A DNA stretch of 64,000 bases from an uncultured Bacteroidales bacterium (GTDB lineage: Bacteria > Bacteroidota > Bacteroidia > Bacteroidales > Paludibacteraceae): contig CACYZT010000005.1 of the NCBI GenBank assembly GCA_902778935.1, positions 21,932 to 85,931 of the forward strand, written 5' to 3'. A program made the translations under genes and the position numbers. The notes beneath the pieces are model-generated. The model was not told where the DNA came from. It made no database searches and saw only the letters and a list, made by a program, of their open reading frames with translations. How positions within the stretch are numbered: position 1 is the stretch's first letter; each line of letters begins with the position of its first letter. Positions 1 through 8,345 of this stretch are shown here, one piece after another.

Positions 1-2
1 TT

Positions 3-362
3 CTCGAGACAGGTATGCTCAAGACCGCAGAGAATATATGGAAAGCATCCATCCTCGCCATGGCAGCAGGTTGCGACTTCATCAAGACGTCTACCGGTAA
101 AATCAGCGTGAACGCCACACCGGAAGCTACGTTCGTCATGTGCCACGCTATCAAGGAATGGAAAGCAAAAGCAGGTATCAAGATGGGTTACAAGCCTGCC
201 GGAGGCGTGAGCACAACCGAAGAGGCGGTTCAGCATTTCACACTGGTGAAAGAGATTTTGGGCGAAGAATGGCTCAACAACGCGTATTTCCGCTTTGGCG
301 CAAGCCGCTTGGCGAACAACCTCCTCTCTTCCATTGTAGGCAAAGAAACAAAACATTTCTAA
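3..362 (+). CDS. deoC: deoxyribose-phosphate aldolase, 3' part (5' end outside window)
   Basis: Frame is open from the window edge. 'CDFIKTSTGK' Schiff-base lysine region and 'YKPAGGV' are typical of class I DeoC. Stop TAA at 360-362. Confidence 0.8.
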   Translation, partial: LETGMLKTAENIWKASILAMAAGCDFIKTSTGKISVNATPEATFVMCHAIKEWKAKAGIKMGYKPAGGVSTTEEAVQHFTLVKEILGEEWLNNAYFRFGASRLANNLLSSIVGKETKHF

Positions 363-364
363 AA

Positions 365-401
365 TTGACGATTGGACGATTGACGATTGGACGAATGATT
401 G
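365..401. repeat. 7/8-nt periodic tract TTGACGA/TTGGACGA
   Basis: ttgacga ttggacga ttgacga ttggacga atgattg, in the deoC-to-next-gene spacer. Confidence 0.85.
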
Positions 402-430
402 TTCTATTGAAAAAAAATGTACAATTGACT

Positions 431-450
431 AAATCGTAAAATCGTAAATA
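431..450. repeat. AAATCGT(A)AAATCGTAAATA leader tract
   Basis: Ends 5 nt before the ATG at 456. The same string precedes the starts at 12395 (minus strand) and 49226. Confidence 0.85.
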
Positions 451-455
451 ACTTT

Positions 456-2777
456 ATGAACAAGATCATTTCCAAGAGATTTTTCTCGGACAATGTAGCG
501 GAGCTTGTAGTAGAAGCTCCGCTTATTGCCCGTAGTCGCCGGGCGGGACATTTCGTCATCATCCGCGTGGACGCTAACTCCGAACGTGTGCCGCTGACCA
601 TCGCCAATGCGGATATCGAGAAAGGAACCATCACTCTGGTGGTTCAACAGATCGGCGTCTCGACGCATAAACTATTAGCGATGGAACCGGGCGAATGCCT
701 GCATGACATCGTAGGTCCGTTGGGCCGCGCCACGCGTATTGAGAAATACGGCACGGTCGTTTGTGCCTGCGGAGGTGTCGGCGCAGCTCCTATGCTGCCG
801 ATAGCCGAAGCGCTCAAGAAAGCCGGGAACCGCGTCATCACCGTTCTTGCGGCACGTACAGAGAGCCTCATCATCCTCAAGGATGAACTGGCTAAATGGT
901 CAGACGAAGTTATCTTGATGACCGATGATGGTTCGGTGGGCCAGAAAGGTGTGGTAACCGTCGGCGTAGAGCAAGTCATCAACCGTGAGCCGGTGAACAA
1001 ATGTATCACTATCGGTCCGGCTATTATGATGAAATTCGTGGCGCTGACCACCGCCAAATATAACATCCCAACGGAGGCAAGCCTGAACACCATCATGGTG
1101 GATGGAACAGGTATGTGCGGCGCTTGCCGTGTGACGGTAGGCGGAAAGACGAAATTCGTTTGCGTCGATGGACCTGAGTTCGATGCTCACGCGGTGGACT
1201 GGGATGAGATGCTGAGTCGAATGAAGTCCTACCGTGCAGAAGAGGCCGAGGCGATGGAGGCTTATAAGAACGCTACGCTGACAGACCGCTGCGCTGACAG
1301 ACCGGCTACGCCTGACAGAGTAAAGACCGATTATTTGCCTTTGGAAACTGTTGCTCCTTTCACCGGCACAGCCAAAGACCGTGCGGCGATTGAGCGCGTG
1401 AAGATGCCGGAATTGCGTCCGGAAGTACGTGTGAAGAGTTTGCATGAGGAGGTGAACCAAGGTCTAACCTTCGAGCAGGCTATCATGGAGAGCCATCGCT
1501 GCCTGAACTGCAAGAACCCGACCTGCGTACAAGGTTGTCCGGTGAATATTAACATCCCCGGCTTCATCAAGAAACTGGAAACGGGTGATGTTCTCGGTGC
1601 GGCTGCCGTCATCAAGGAGAGTTCGTCTCTGCCAGCGGTGTGCGGTCGTGTATGCCCGCAGGAGAAACAATGTGAGGCGAATTGTATTCACCTGAAGATG
1701 AAACACCCAGCAGTGGCCATCGGTTATCTCGAGCGTTTCTGCGCTGACTACGCGAACCAGAGTGTCTCCGGAGCCGAACAGCCATGCGGCAAGCCTAACG
1801 GTCCCAAGATAGCCGTGGTAGGTTCCGGTCCAGCAGGTCTGACTTTCGCAGGTGATGCTGCCAAAAACGGCTACGAGGTACATGTGTTCGAAGCGTTGCA
1901 CGAAATTGGCGGTGTGCTCAAATATGGTATTCCGGAGTTCCGTTTGCCGAACCGCATTGTCGATATCGAGATTGACGGCCTTCGCGCGCTTGGCGTACAA
2001 TTCCATACCGACACCATCATTGGAAAGACGATAAGCGTCAAGGAACTCGAAGAGCAAGGCTTCAAAGGCATTTTCGTGGGTTCAGGCGCCGGTCTGCCGC
2101 GATTCATGAACATCCCGGGTGAGAACTTGAACGGTGTACTGTCCTGCAACGAGTATCTGACGCGCGTCAACCTGATGGATGCGTCGAATCCTACCACCGA
2201 CACACCGCTTCTATACGGCAAGAACGTAGCGGTCATCGGAGGTGGCAACACAGCCATGGATGCGGTGCGTACGGCTAAACGTCTGGGCGCCGAGCACGCG
2301 ATGATTATCTACCGCCGCAGCGAAGAAGAGATGCCGGCACGTATCGAGGAAGTGCATCATGCCAAACAGGAAGGCATCGAGTTTATGACGCTCCATAATC
2401 CGTTGGAGTACCATGCTGACGAGAACGGACGTGTCAAAGAGGCGGTGCTGCAAGTGATGGAACTGGGCGAACCGGACGAAAGCGGTCGTCGCAGTCCCGT
2501 GCCCGTAGAAGGCAAGACCGTCACGATTCCTGTAGATCTGGTTATCGTAGCCGTAGGTGTTTCGCCGAACCCGTTAATCCCTTCGTCTGTGGAAGGGCTG
2601 GAGATAAGCAAGAAAGGAACCATCGTGGTAAACGAAGGAATGCAATCGGCTATCCCTACTCTCTTCGCCGGAGGCGATATCGTGCGCGGCGGAGCAACGG
2701 TTATCCTCGCTATGTCCGACGGCCGTAAAGCCGCAGCTGCTATGCATGAGTACTTGAGTGCTTCGCACGTTAAATAG
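456..2777 (+). CDS. fused PyrK/SudB-like ferredoxin-NADP reductase + GltD/SudA-like NADPH-dependent glutamate synthase small-subunit-type oxidoreductase
   Basis: 773 aa. N-terminal FAD/NAD-binding fold with a 'CGACRV' 2Fe-2S cysteine cluster, then Fe-S motifs 'CLNCKNPTCVQGCP' and 'CGRVCPQEKQCEANC'. Two Rossmann motifs, 'VVGSGPAGL' and 'VIGGGNTAMD'. Confidence 0.85.
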   Translation: MNKIISKRFFSDNVAELVVEAPLIARSRRAGHFVIIRVDANSERVPLTIANADIEKGTITLVVQQIGVSTHKLLAMEPGECLHDIVGPLGRATRIEKYGTVVCACGGVGAAPMLPIAEALKKAGNRVITVLAARTESLIILKDELAKWSDEVILMTDDGSVGQKGVVTVGVEQVINREPVNKCITIGPAIMMKFVALTTAKYNIPTEASLNTIMVDGTGMCGACRVTVGGKTKFVCVDGPEFDAHAVDWDEMLSRMKSYRAEEAEAMEAYKNATLTDRCADRPATPDRVKTDYLPLETVAPFTGTAKDRAAIERVKMPELRPEVRVKSLHEEVNQGLTFEQAIMESHRCLNCKNPTCVQGCPVNINIPGFIKKLETGDVLGAAAVIKESSSLPAVCGRVCPQEKQCEANCIHLKMKHPAVAIGYLERFCADYANQSVSGAEQPCGKPNGPKIAVVGSGPAGLTFAGDAAKNGYEVHVFEALHEIGGVLKYGIPEFRLPNRIVDIEIDGLRALGVQFHTDTIIGKTISVKELEEQGFKGIFVGSGAGLPRFMNIPGENLNGVLSCNEYLTRVNLMDASNPTTDTPLLYGKNVAVIGGGNTAMDAVRTAKRLGAEHAMIIYRRSEEEMPARIEEVHHAKQEGIEFMTLHNPLEYHADENGRVKEAVLQVMELGEPDESGRRSPVPVEGKTVTIPVDLVIVAVGVSPNPLIPSSVEGLEISKKGTIVVNEGMQSAIPTLFAGGDIVRGGATVILAMSDGRKAAAAMHEYLSASHVK
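1277..1320. repeat. 16/17-nt repeat (GCTGACAGACCGCTGC family) inside a CDS linker
   Basis: gctgacagaccgctgc gctgacagaccggctac gcctgacagag. Reverse complement of the 28844-28913 family. Confidence 0.8.
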
Positions 2778-2817
2778 TTAAAATGGTTTTTATCTTATAA
2801 AAACGTTAAACTGTTCG

Positions 2818-4200
2818 ATGCACTTTCTTGCGGCGATTATACTGAGTGTAAATTTCCTGACAAGCCACCCTATAACGGGGCAGGCGAATATGTCCGTGCT
2901 GGTACAAAACCTGAACACGGGTGAAGTCATCGACAGTTATCGCGCGGAGCATGTTGTTCCGCCGGCATCGGTGATGAAACTGCTGACGACGGGTGCTGCC
3001 CTGGAAATTTTAGGTCCGGGATATCGTATTCCGACCGTTCTCGAGTACAGCGGTCATATAGAGAACGGCGTGCTGCACGGCGACCTCTATATCCGCGGCG
3101 GTTGTGACCCGAGCTTGGGTTGGCAAGGTAAAACGGCCTTTCTCACTCAATGGATAAAAGCAGTTCGAGCGGCAGGTATCAGTTCCATCGACGGCGCTGT
3201 GATAGCCGACATGACGATGCTGGACGGCGAAGCGCAGAACCCGGGTTGGTTATGCGAAGACGCAGGCAACTACTATGCACCGGGCATCTTCGCTCTCAAC
3301 TATTACGGCAATACAATGAATATAGTGCTCAAGAGCGGTGAACCCGGAAGCGTGGCAACGGTCATGGGCACGGAGCCGAAAGTGGAGGACGTCTATTTCA
3401 TCAACCATGTGCGGTGCGACAAAATCACGTACGACGGTGCATTCGTGAGCGGTCTGCCTTACAGCCGCGAGCGATATTTGACAGGCGCTGTGCCTTCTAA
3501 CTTAGGCACATTCGGCGTCAAAGGTGACTTACCCAACCCCGGTCTGCTGTTGGCGCGTCATTTCACGGCGCGTCTCAAAGAAGCGGGTATCAGCGTTAAG
3601 CGCGATGCCGGTTATCTGGCGGACTACAATCCGCTGATGCCTGCCCGCAACGAGCTGTATATCCACTATTCGGAGCCGCTGTCGGAGATTATCCGGGAAA
3701 CGAATGTGAACAGCAACAACCTGTACGCAGAGTCGCTGTTCCGCCTGTTAGGTACGCGCTATACACTGCCGGGAACCATTCATAACAGTCAGGATTTGCT
3801 CAAAGACTACTGGCGTCGCAGAGGAGTGAACATCCAAAATGCGATTATCAAAGACGGTTGTGGTCTGGCACCGCAGGACGCCGTAAGCGCCAAGACGTTT
3901 GTACAACTGCTGACCATCATGTCGCAAAGCAAGAACAGCGGAGAGTGGTTAGCCTCGTTGCCTGTGAGCGGACAGACAGGCACACTCAAGTCACTCTGCC
4001 CGAGTACGTTCCTCGAAGGACGTATTCACGCCAAGAGCGGTACCATCGCCGGCACGAAGAATTTCGCCGGTTACATCGATATGCCGAACGGCGACACTTG
4101 GGTGTTCGCTATTCTCATCAACTCTGCGCCGGGCAAAGCGAAGAATATACAAACGGTTATACAGCAGTACCTGTTGGATGTATGTAGCTCGCACAAATAG
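2818..4200 (+). CDS. dacB: D-alanyl-D-alanine carboxypeptidase/endopeptidase (PBP4, peptidase S13)
   Basis: 460 aa. Motifs 'SVMKL' (SxxK), 'NSNN' (SxN) and 'KSGT' (KTG-like) in the spacing expected for PBP4. Hydrophobic N-terminus. Confidence 0.8.
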   Translation: MHFLAAIILSVNFLTSHPITGQANMSVLVQNLNTGEVIDSYRAEHVVPPASVMKLLTTGAALEILGPGYRIPTVLEYSGHIENGVLHGDLYIRGGCDPSLGWQGKTAFLTQWIKAVRAAGISSIDGAVIADMTMLDGEAQNPGWLCEDAGNYYAPGIFALNYYGNTMNIVLKSGEPGSVATVMGTEPKVEDVYFINHVRCDKITYDGAFVSGLPYSRERYLTGAVPSNLGTFGVKGDLPNPGLLLARHFTARLKEAGISVKRDAGYLADYNPLMPARNELYIHYSEPLSEIIRETNVNSNNLYAESLFRLLGTRYTLPGTIHNSQDLLKDYWRRRGVNIQNAIIKDGCGLAPQDAVSAKTFVQLLTIMSQSKNSGEWLASLPVSGQTGTLKSLCPSTFLEGRIHAKSGTIAGTKNFAGYIDMPNGDTWVFAILINSAPGKAKNIQTVIQQYLLDVCSSHK

Positions 4201-4951
4201 CACGAACACGCTCCTAAAAGAGTTATTAGCCAAAAGTGAATGGCCGGAATGTGAAGAGTTCCTTTACGCCGGTTACCAGACCGCAGGACGCGGACAGACG
4301 GGCAACGGATGGGAGAGCGAAGAGGGCAAGAATCTGCTGTGCTCGATATTAGTAGAAAGACAAAAGACCGCTACAATAAAAGAAGGAAACCCATTTTACT
4401 TAAACGTAACGGTAAGTGTGGCAGTACATAGGTTATTGAGCCAAGAGCTAATGGCCAAGAGCCAACAGCTAACGGTTAAGTGGCCGAACGACCTCTACTG
4501 GCAGGACAAGAAAATGGCAGGTATCCTGATAGAGAATGCCATCATCGGGAATGAAGTCAAGTACTCTATCGCCGGCATAGGGCTGAATATCAACCAGACC
4601 GAGTGGAAGTCCGATGCACCGAACCCTGTTTCGCTCAATCAGATAACAGGCAAGGAATATAACATCGACGAACAGATGAAATCGCTCGCGCACGCGATAA
4701 GAGCGGTGTTGAGCGAACCCGAAGAAGAGGTGTGGGCCTATTACAAAGCGCACCTGTACCGCAAGGACGGTTTCTGGCCGTTTGTAGAAAGAACTGTCAG
4801 CACTCAACCGACCATGAATGCCGACAAACTGACGGAAGGGCAATTCATGGCACGGATAGCGGACATCCTGCCGACCGGCGAGATAGTGCTGGAAGACCCA
4901 GAAGGAATAAGGAAGAAATATCATTTTAAGGAAATACGATTTGTAGTATGA
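4178..4951 (+). CDS. birA: biotin--[acetyl-CoA-carboxylase] ligase
   Basis: 257 aa. 'QTAGRGQTGNGWES' (GRGRxGRxW-type biotin-binding loop) and 'KWPNDL' motif. 23-nt overlap with dacB. Confidence 0.8.
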   Translation: MYVARTNSTNTLLKELLAKSEWPECEEFLYAGYQTAGRGQTGNGWESEEGKNLLCSILVERQKTATIKEGNPFYLNVTVSVAVHRLLSQELMAKSQQLTVKWPNDLYWQDKKMAGILIENAIIGNEVKYSIAGIGLNINQTEWKSDAPNPVSLNQITGKEYNIDEQMKSLAHAIRAVLSEPEEEVWAYYKAHLYRKDGFWPFVERTVSTQPTMNADKLTEGQFMARIADILPTGEIVLEDPEGIRKKYHFKEIRFVV

Positions 4952-6084
4952 AAAAGAGTATCATCATTACCGGCGGAGCCGGATTTATCGGAAGTCACGT
5001 GGTTCGTCTCTTTGTGAACAAGTACCCTGACTATCGTATCATCAATGTGGACAAACTGACGTACGCAGGCAACTTGGCGAACCTCAAGGACATCGAGGAC
5101 AAGCCGAACTACCGCTTTGTACGCGCAGACATCTGCGATTTCGACACCATCTTTGCGCTCATGCAGGAGGAACACGTGACGGGTGTTATCCACTTGGCAG
5201 CAGAGAGCCATGTGGACCGCTCTATCAAAGACCCCTTCACTTTTGCCCGCACGAACGTGATGGGTACGCTGTCGATGCTGCAAGCAGCGAAGCTGTACTG
5301 GGAGAGTCTGCCGGAGAAATACGAGGGCAAGCGCTTCTATCATATCTCGACGGACGAGGTCTATGGAGCCTTGGAGTTGACGCACCCTGAAGGTATCAAA
5401 CCGCCGTTCACAACCACCGCTTCCTCGGCAGAACATCACCTGGCGTACGGAGAAGATTTCTTTTACGAGACGACGAAATACAATCCGCACTCGCCCTATT
5501 CGGCATCGAAAGCATCGTCTGACCATTTCGTGCGTGCGTTCCACGACACCTACGGCATGCCGACCATCGTGACTAACTGCTCGAACAACTACGGTCCATA
5601 CCAATTCCCTGAGAAACTTATTCCACTGTTCATCAACAATATCCGTCACCGCAAACCGCTGCCTGTCTATGGCAAGGGTGAGAACGTGCGCGACTGGCTC
5701 TATGTGGTGGATCATGCGCGGGCGATAGACCTCATCTTCCATAAGGGCACTATAGCTGAGACGTATAACATCGGCGGTTTCAACGAGTGGAAGAATATCG
5801 ACATCATCAAGACCGTCATCAAGACTGTGGACCGTCTGTTAGGTCGTCCGGAAGGCGCAGACCTCGACCTCATCACCTTCGTTACCGACCGCGCAGGGCA
5901 CGATATGCGCTACGCTATCGACTCAACGAAGTTACAGCGTGAGTTAGGCTGGGAACCGAGTCTGCAGTTCGAGGAAGGGATTGAGAAGACCGTGCAGTGG
6001 TATCTCGACAACCAGGAATGGTTGGATAACATCACCTCCGGTGACTACGAGAAATACTACGATGAGATGTACAAGAACCGTTAA
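4948..6084 (+). CDS. rfbB: dTDP-glucose 4,6-dehydratase
   Basis: 378 aa. 'GGAGFIGS' NAD-binding motif, 'YSASKA' (YxxxK) catalytic motif and 'NCSNNYGPYQFPEKLIP' signature. ATGA overlap with birA. Confidence 0.9.
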   Translation: MKKSIIITGGAGFIGSHVVRLFVNKYPDYRIINVDKLTYAGNLANLKDIEDKPNYRFVRADICDFDTIFALMQEEHVTGVIHLAAESHVDRSIKDPFTFARTNVMGTLSMLQAAKLYWESLPEKYEGKRFYHISTDEVYGALELTHPEGIKPPFTTTASSAEHHLAYGEDFFYETTKYNPHSPYSASKASSDHFVRAFHDTYGMPTIVTNCSNNYGPYQFPEKLIPLFINNIRHRKPLPVYGKGENVRDWLYVVDHARAIDLIFHKGTIAETYNIGGFNEWKNIDIIKTVIKTVDRLLGRPEGADLDLITFVTDRAGHDMRYAIDSTKLQRELGWEPSLQFEEGIEKTVQWYLDNQEWLDNITSGDYEKYYDEMYKNR

Positions 6085-6090
6085 GAATAA

Positions 6091-6116
6091 AGGACGCTGC
6101 AAGGCGTCCTTTTGTT
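6091..6116 (+). terminator. intrinsic terminator after rfbB
   Basis: Stem AGGACGC (6091-6097) pairs with GCGTCCT (6104-6110), followed by TTTGTTT. Confidence 0.7.
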
Positions 6117-6205
6117 TGGTACCGCGAGCCGGGGTCGAACCGGCACGCCCATCACTGGGCAAAAGATTTTAAGTCTTTCTTGTCTACCTATTCCAACATC
6201 GCGGC
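6117..6205 (-). tRNA. tRNA-Leu (anticodon UAA), CCA encoded
   Basis: The reverse complement folds by hand into a cloverleaf. Acceptor GCCGCGA/TCGCGGT (G1-U72), anticodon stem AAAGA/TCTTT with loop CTTAAAA, long variable arm GCCCA-GTGA-TGGGC, T-arm GCCGG-TTCGACC-CCGGC, 3' ACCA. Confidence 0.9.
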
Positions 6206-6225
6206 GTGATTGTCGAAATCGGGTG

Positions 6226-6233
6226 CAAAGGTA
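6226..6233 (-). promoter_or_regulatory. Bacteroidota -7 box (TACCTTTG) for tRNA-Leu
   Basis: The reverse complement of CAAAGGTA is TAnnTTTG, about 20 nt upstream of the tRNA 5' end. Lies within a 27-nt string repeated at 58923-58949. Confidence 0.7.
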
Positions 6234-6386
6234 CTACAAATTTTTCAAATATACAAGTTTTTTAGCAAAAAAATATCGTCTGTGCTTGCACAAGCGTAGT
6301 TTTATGCTAAAAAGATTGATGCTTGCACGAAAGTGTGTGGACTGCCTCCGTCAGACTGCAACATCACTGCAGGTATAACTTTCGAA

Positions 6387-6992
6387 CTAATCAAAAACCT
6401 CCATGAGGATGTCGAGCGATTTAGGGTCTTCCCATGTCTCAACGTGCTCTGCGAAATACGCGCAGAGTTCACGAAGCGCCTGTTGGCGTTGCGTCCGGGT
6501 TAAAGGCAGTAAGGGCGCATATCCGAAGGTGTAAAGGGGATTCGTAGAGTCGATTCCGAAACCTAACTTGGCAGCTAAACCGACCAGAAACTGCAGATGA
6601 AAATTCTGTGGTTCATCGGTTGCATCCAGTTCCTGTATCGCGTCGGCTATGAAATCAAACATCGGTTCGTCCGGCATCGGATGACGCAGAACATGATAGA
6701 GCACTTCGCAGATAAACAGACGAATGGTGTTTTTATAGACCGCTTCGCCGTACGACCGCTGCGCAGTAAGAGGAACAGCTTCTTTGACCGTCGGCGGCTT
6801 AGAGGGAGAGGGAGGAGAGGATGTGATCTGAATGAGCGAAAGAGGTGTATAGATGCCGATGGCGTTCTTTCGTCCGATGCCGTACACCCTATAATTAATA
6901 CGCCCGCCGGCGCGTGTGTACGCGTGGAGGACGAAGGCTTTGTCCGAGTGCGGCTGCAGAGACAGCACTATCGCATCAGTCGTGACGGACAT
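6387..6992 (-). CDS. recO: DNA repair protein RecO
   Basis: 201 aa. The N-terminal OB-like segment 'DAIVLSLQPHSDKAFVLHAYTRAGGRINYRVYG' resembles RecO family members. 17-nt overlap with the upstream gene. Confidence 0.7.
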   Translation of the reverse strand: MSVTTDAIVLSLQPHSDKAFVLHAYTRAGGRINYRVYGIGRKNAIGIYTPLSLIQITSSPPSPSKPPTVKEAVPLTAQRSYGEAVYKNTIRLFICEVLYHVLRHPMPDEPMFDFIADAIQELDATDEPQNFHLQFLVGLAAKLGFGIDSTNPLYTFGYAPLLPLTRTQRQQALRELCAYFAEHVETWEDPKSLDILMEVFD

Positions 6993-7905
6993 AGAGCGAG
7001 TCTATCACCGCTCCGTTATCCCAACGATAAACGGTGAATTGTAATTGTTGCGGTTCGACGGTCAGCACACCATATCCCGGCGCGCTGTCTTTGACTTGGG
7101 CGAACAGGTGTTTATGCTGCTCTTTGGACTTGCCTGCTGTGTTGAGCACAACGAAATTGCGTTGCCGCATGTAACTATGGTCATGTCCGGCAATGACAAG
7201 GTCTGCCTCGCCTAAGGTGTGACGGAACGCAGCATAGATGAGCGGGTTGAAACGTCCTTTGGCGGGAGACAGCACGGGATGGTGCATCATCGCCACGACG
7301 AATCGTCCGTTCGCGCTATCCATCACTCCGCGCAACCATGTGAGCGTACGCGTCAGATAGACAACACGATCGAGCGGGTTGGTGTCAAGGACGATAAACC
7401 GAAGATGCGGGAAGTCCACATAATAGGATACTCCGGGAACAGTTGCCGGACCATTCAAAGGAACGGTAAAAGCCTTGTGCCAAACGGACGAGAGCTCTTT
7501 GGGAATGGACTTGGTGTACTCGTGATTGCCGGGACAAGCGATGACAGGCATACCGTAGAGCGCACTGTTCATCCACTCGTGCAACAGCTGTTGGTAGTAA
7601 TACTCCTGTCCTCTGTCCATCCAGTCTCCGGCTTGCGCGATGGCTTCGGCTTGCGGCACACGCGCTGCGAGTGTGTCATAATCGGCACTTGTCAGACGAT
7701 TGTGGATATCACCCAGCACGAGGATATCCTGCCGTTCAGGCGAGAGCGTGTCCTGGTCAAAGAAGGGGAATACATAACTGAGCGTATCGCCTCTCCACGC
7801 CGGTTCTTCGGGCATGCCGAACCAAGCCTGCCAGCGGATGACGCATAGCACTGCGCCACCCGCCAGCAATAGGCAGAAGAATATGATACTAAACCATTTT
7901 TTCAT
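6976..7905 (-). CDS. membrane-anchored metallophosphoesterase (calcineurin-like)
   Basis: 309 aa. Motifs GDIHN, GDWMDRG, GNHE, HHP and GHDH in canonical order. N-terminal hydrophobic anchor 'FSIIFFCLLLAGGAVLCVI'. Confidence 0.8.
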   Translation of the reverse strand: MKKWFSIIFFCLLLAGGAVLCVIRWQAWFGMPEEPAWRGDTLSYVFPFFDQDTLSPERQDILVLGDIHNRLTSADYDTLAARVPQAEAIAQAGDWMDRGQEYYYQQLLHEWMNSALYGMPVIACPGNHEYTKSIPKELSSVWHKAFTVPLNGPATVPGVSYYVDFPHLRFIVLDTNPLDRVVYLTRTLTWLRGVMDSANGRFVVAMMHHPVLSPAKGRFNPLIYAAFRHTLGEADLVIAGHDHSYMRQRNFVVLNTAGKSKEQHKHLFAQVKDSAPGYGVLTVEPQQLQFTVYRWDNGAVIDSLYVRHD

Positions 7906-8342
7906 TAGAACGGCAGATCGCTCGTACCTTCTCCGGCCGATGCATCAAACGGATCTACATTAGCCGCAGGCTCTTGGCTGGCAGCCGCCGGTTGCGCAGG
8001 GGCTGCGGCAGCAGCAGGAGCAGCAGGAGCAGCCGGTGCAGCCGGTTGTGCACCTGCTGCAGGTTGGGTTACATCGCCTTGCTGAATACGCCATGCACGG
8101 ATGGAGGTGTACCAGCGGCCGTTGAACTCACGGCTCTCGATATCGAAACTAACCGTTACCAGTTGGTCTAACTCGCATGGATTCTGCTTGATGCGGTCCT
8201 CGCCGAATACCTCGAAATGCACTTTACGGGGATATTGGTCGAGGGTCTCCAATACATATGGCTGTACCTTCCACGGGTTGCCGTTGCGACCGACACCTTC
8301 CTGTGCCGGCAGCACTTGTATAATCTTACCTACTACGTCCAT
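7905..8342 (-). CDS. DUF3127-like protein with Ala/Pro-rich linker and SSB-like acidic C-terminal tip (..SDLPF)
   Basis: 145 aa. About 100 N-terminal residues resemble DUF3127 ('GKIIQVLPAQEGVGRNGNPWKVQPYVLE'), followed by 'AAGAQPAAPAAPAAPAAAAAPAQPAAA' and a '..GEGTSDLPF' end. 1-nt stop/start overlap (TAATG) with the downstream gene. Confidence 0.7.
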   Translation of the reverse strand: MDVVGKIIQVLPAQEGVGRNGNPWKVQPYVLETLDQYPRKVHFEVFGEDRIKQNPCELDQLVTVSFDIESREFNGRWYTSIRAWRIQQGDVTQPAAGAQPAAPAAPAAPAAAAAPAQPAAASQEPAANVDPFDASAGEGTSDLPF

Positions 8343-8345
8343 AGC

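Noticed and set aside
4441-4480. Period-7 tract (ccaagag ctaatgg ccaagag ccaacag ctaacgg ttaag) inside birA as another in-frame insertion
   Set aside because: The periodicity is real, but its 3' end runs into the conserved 'KWPND' motif. I cannot tell an insertion from chance without an alignment.
6112-6378. Shared peptide 'RNRVQRYYK' in ORFs 6112-6378 and 58812-59987 suggesting a protein family
   Set aside because: It is the translation of the shared 27-nt promoter string on the non-transcribed strand. The first ORF also overlaps the tRNA.
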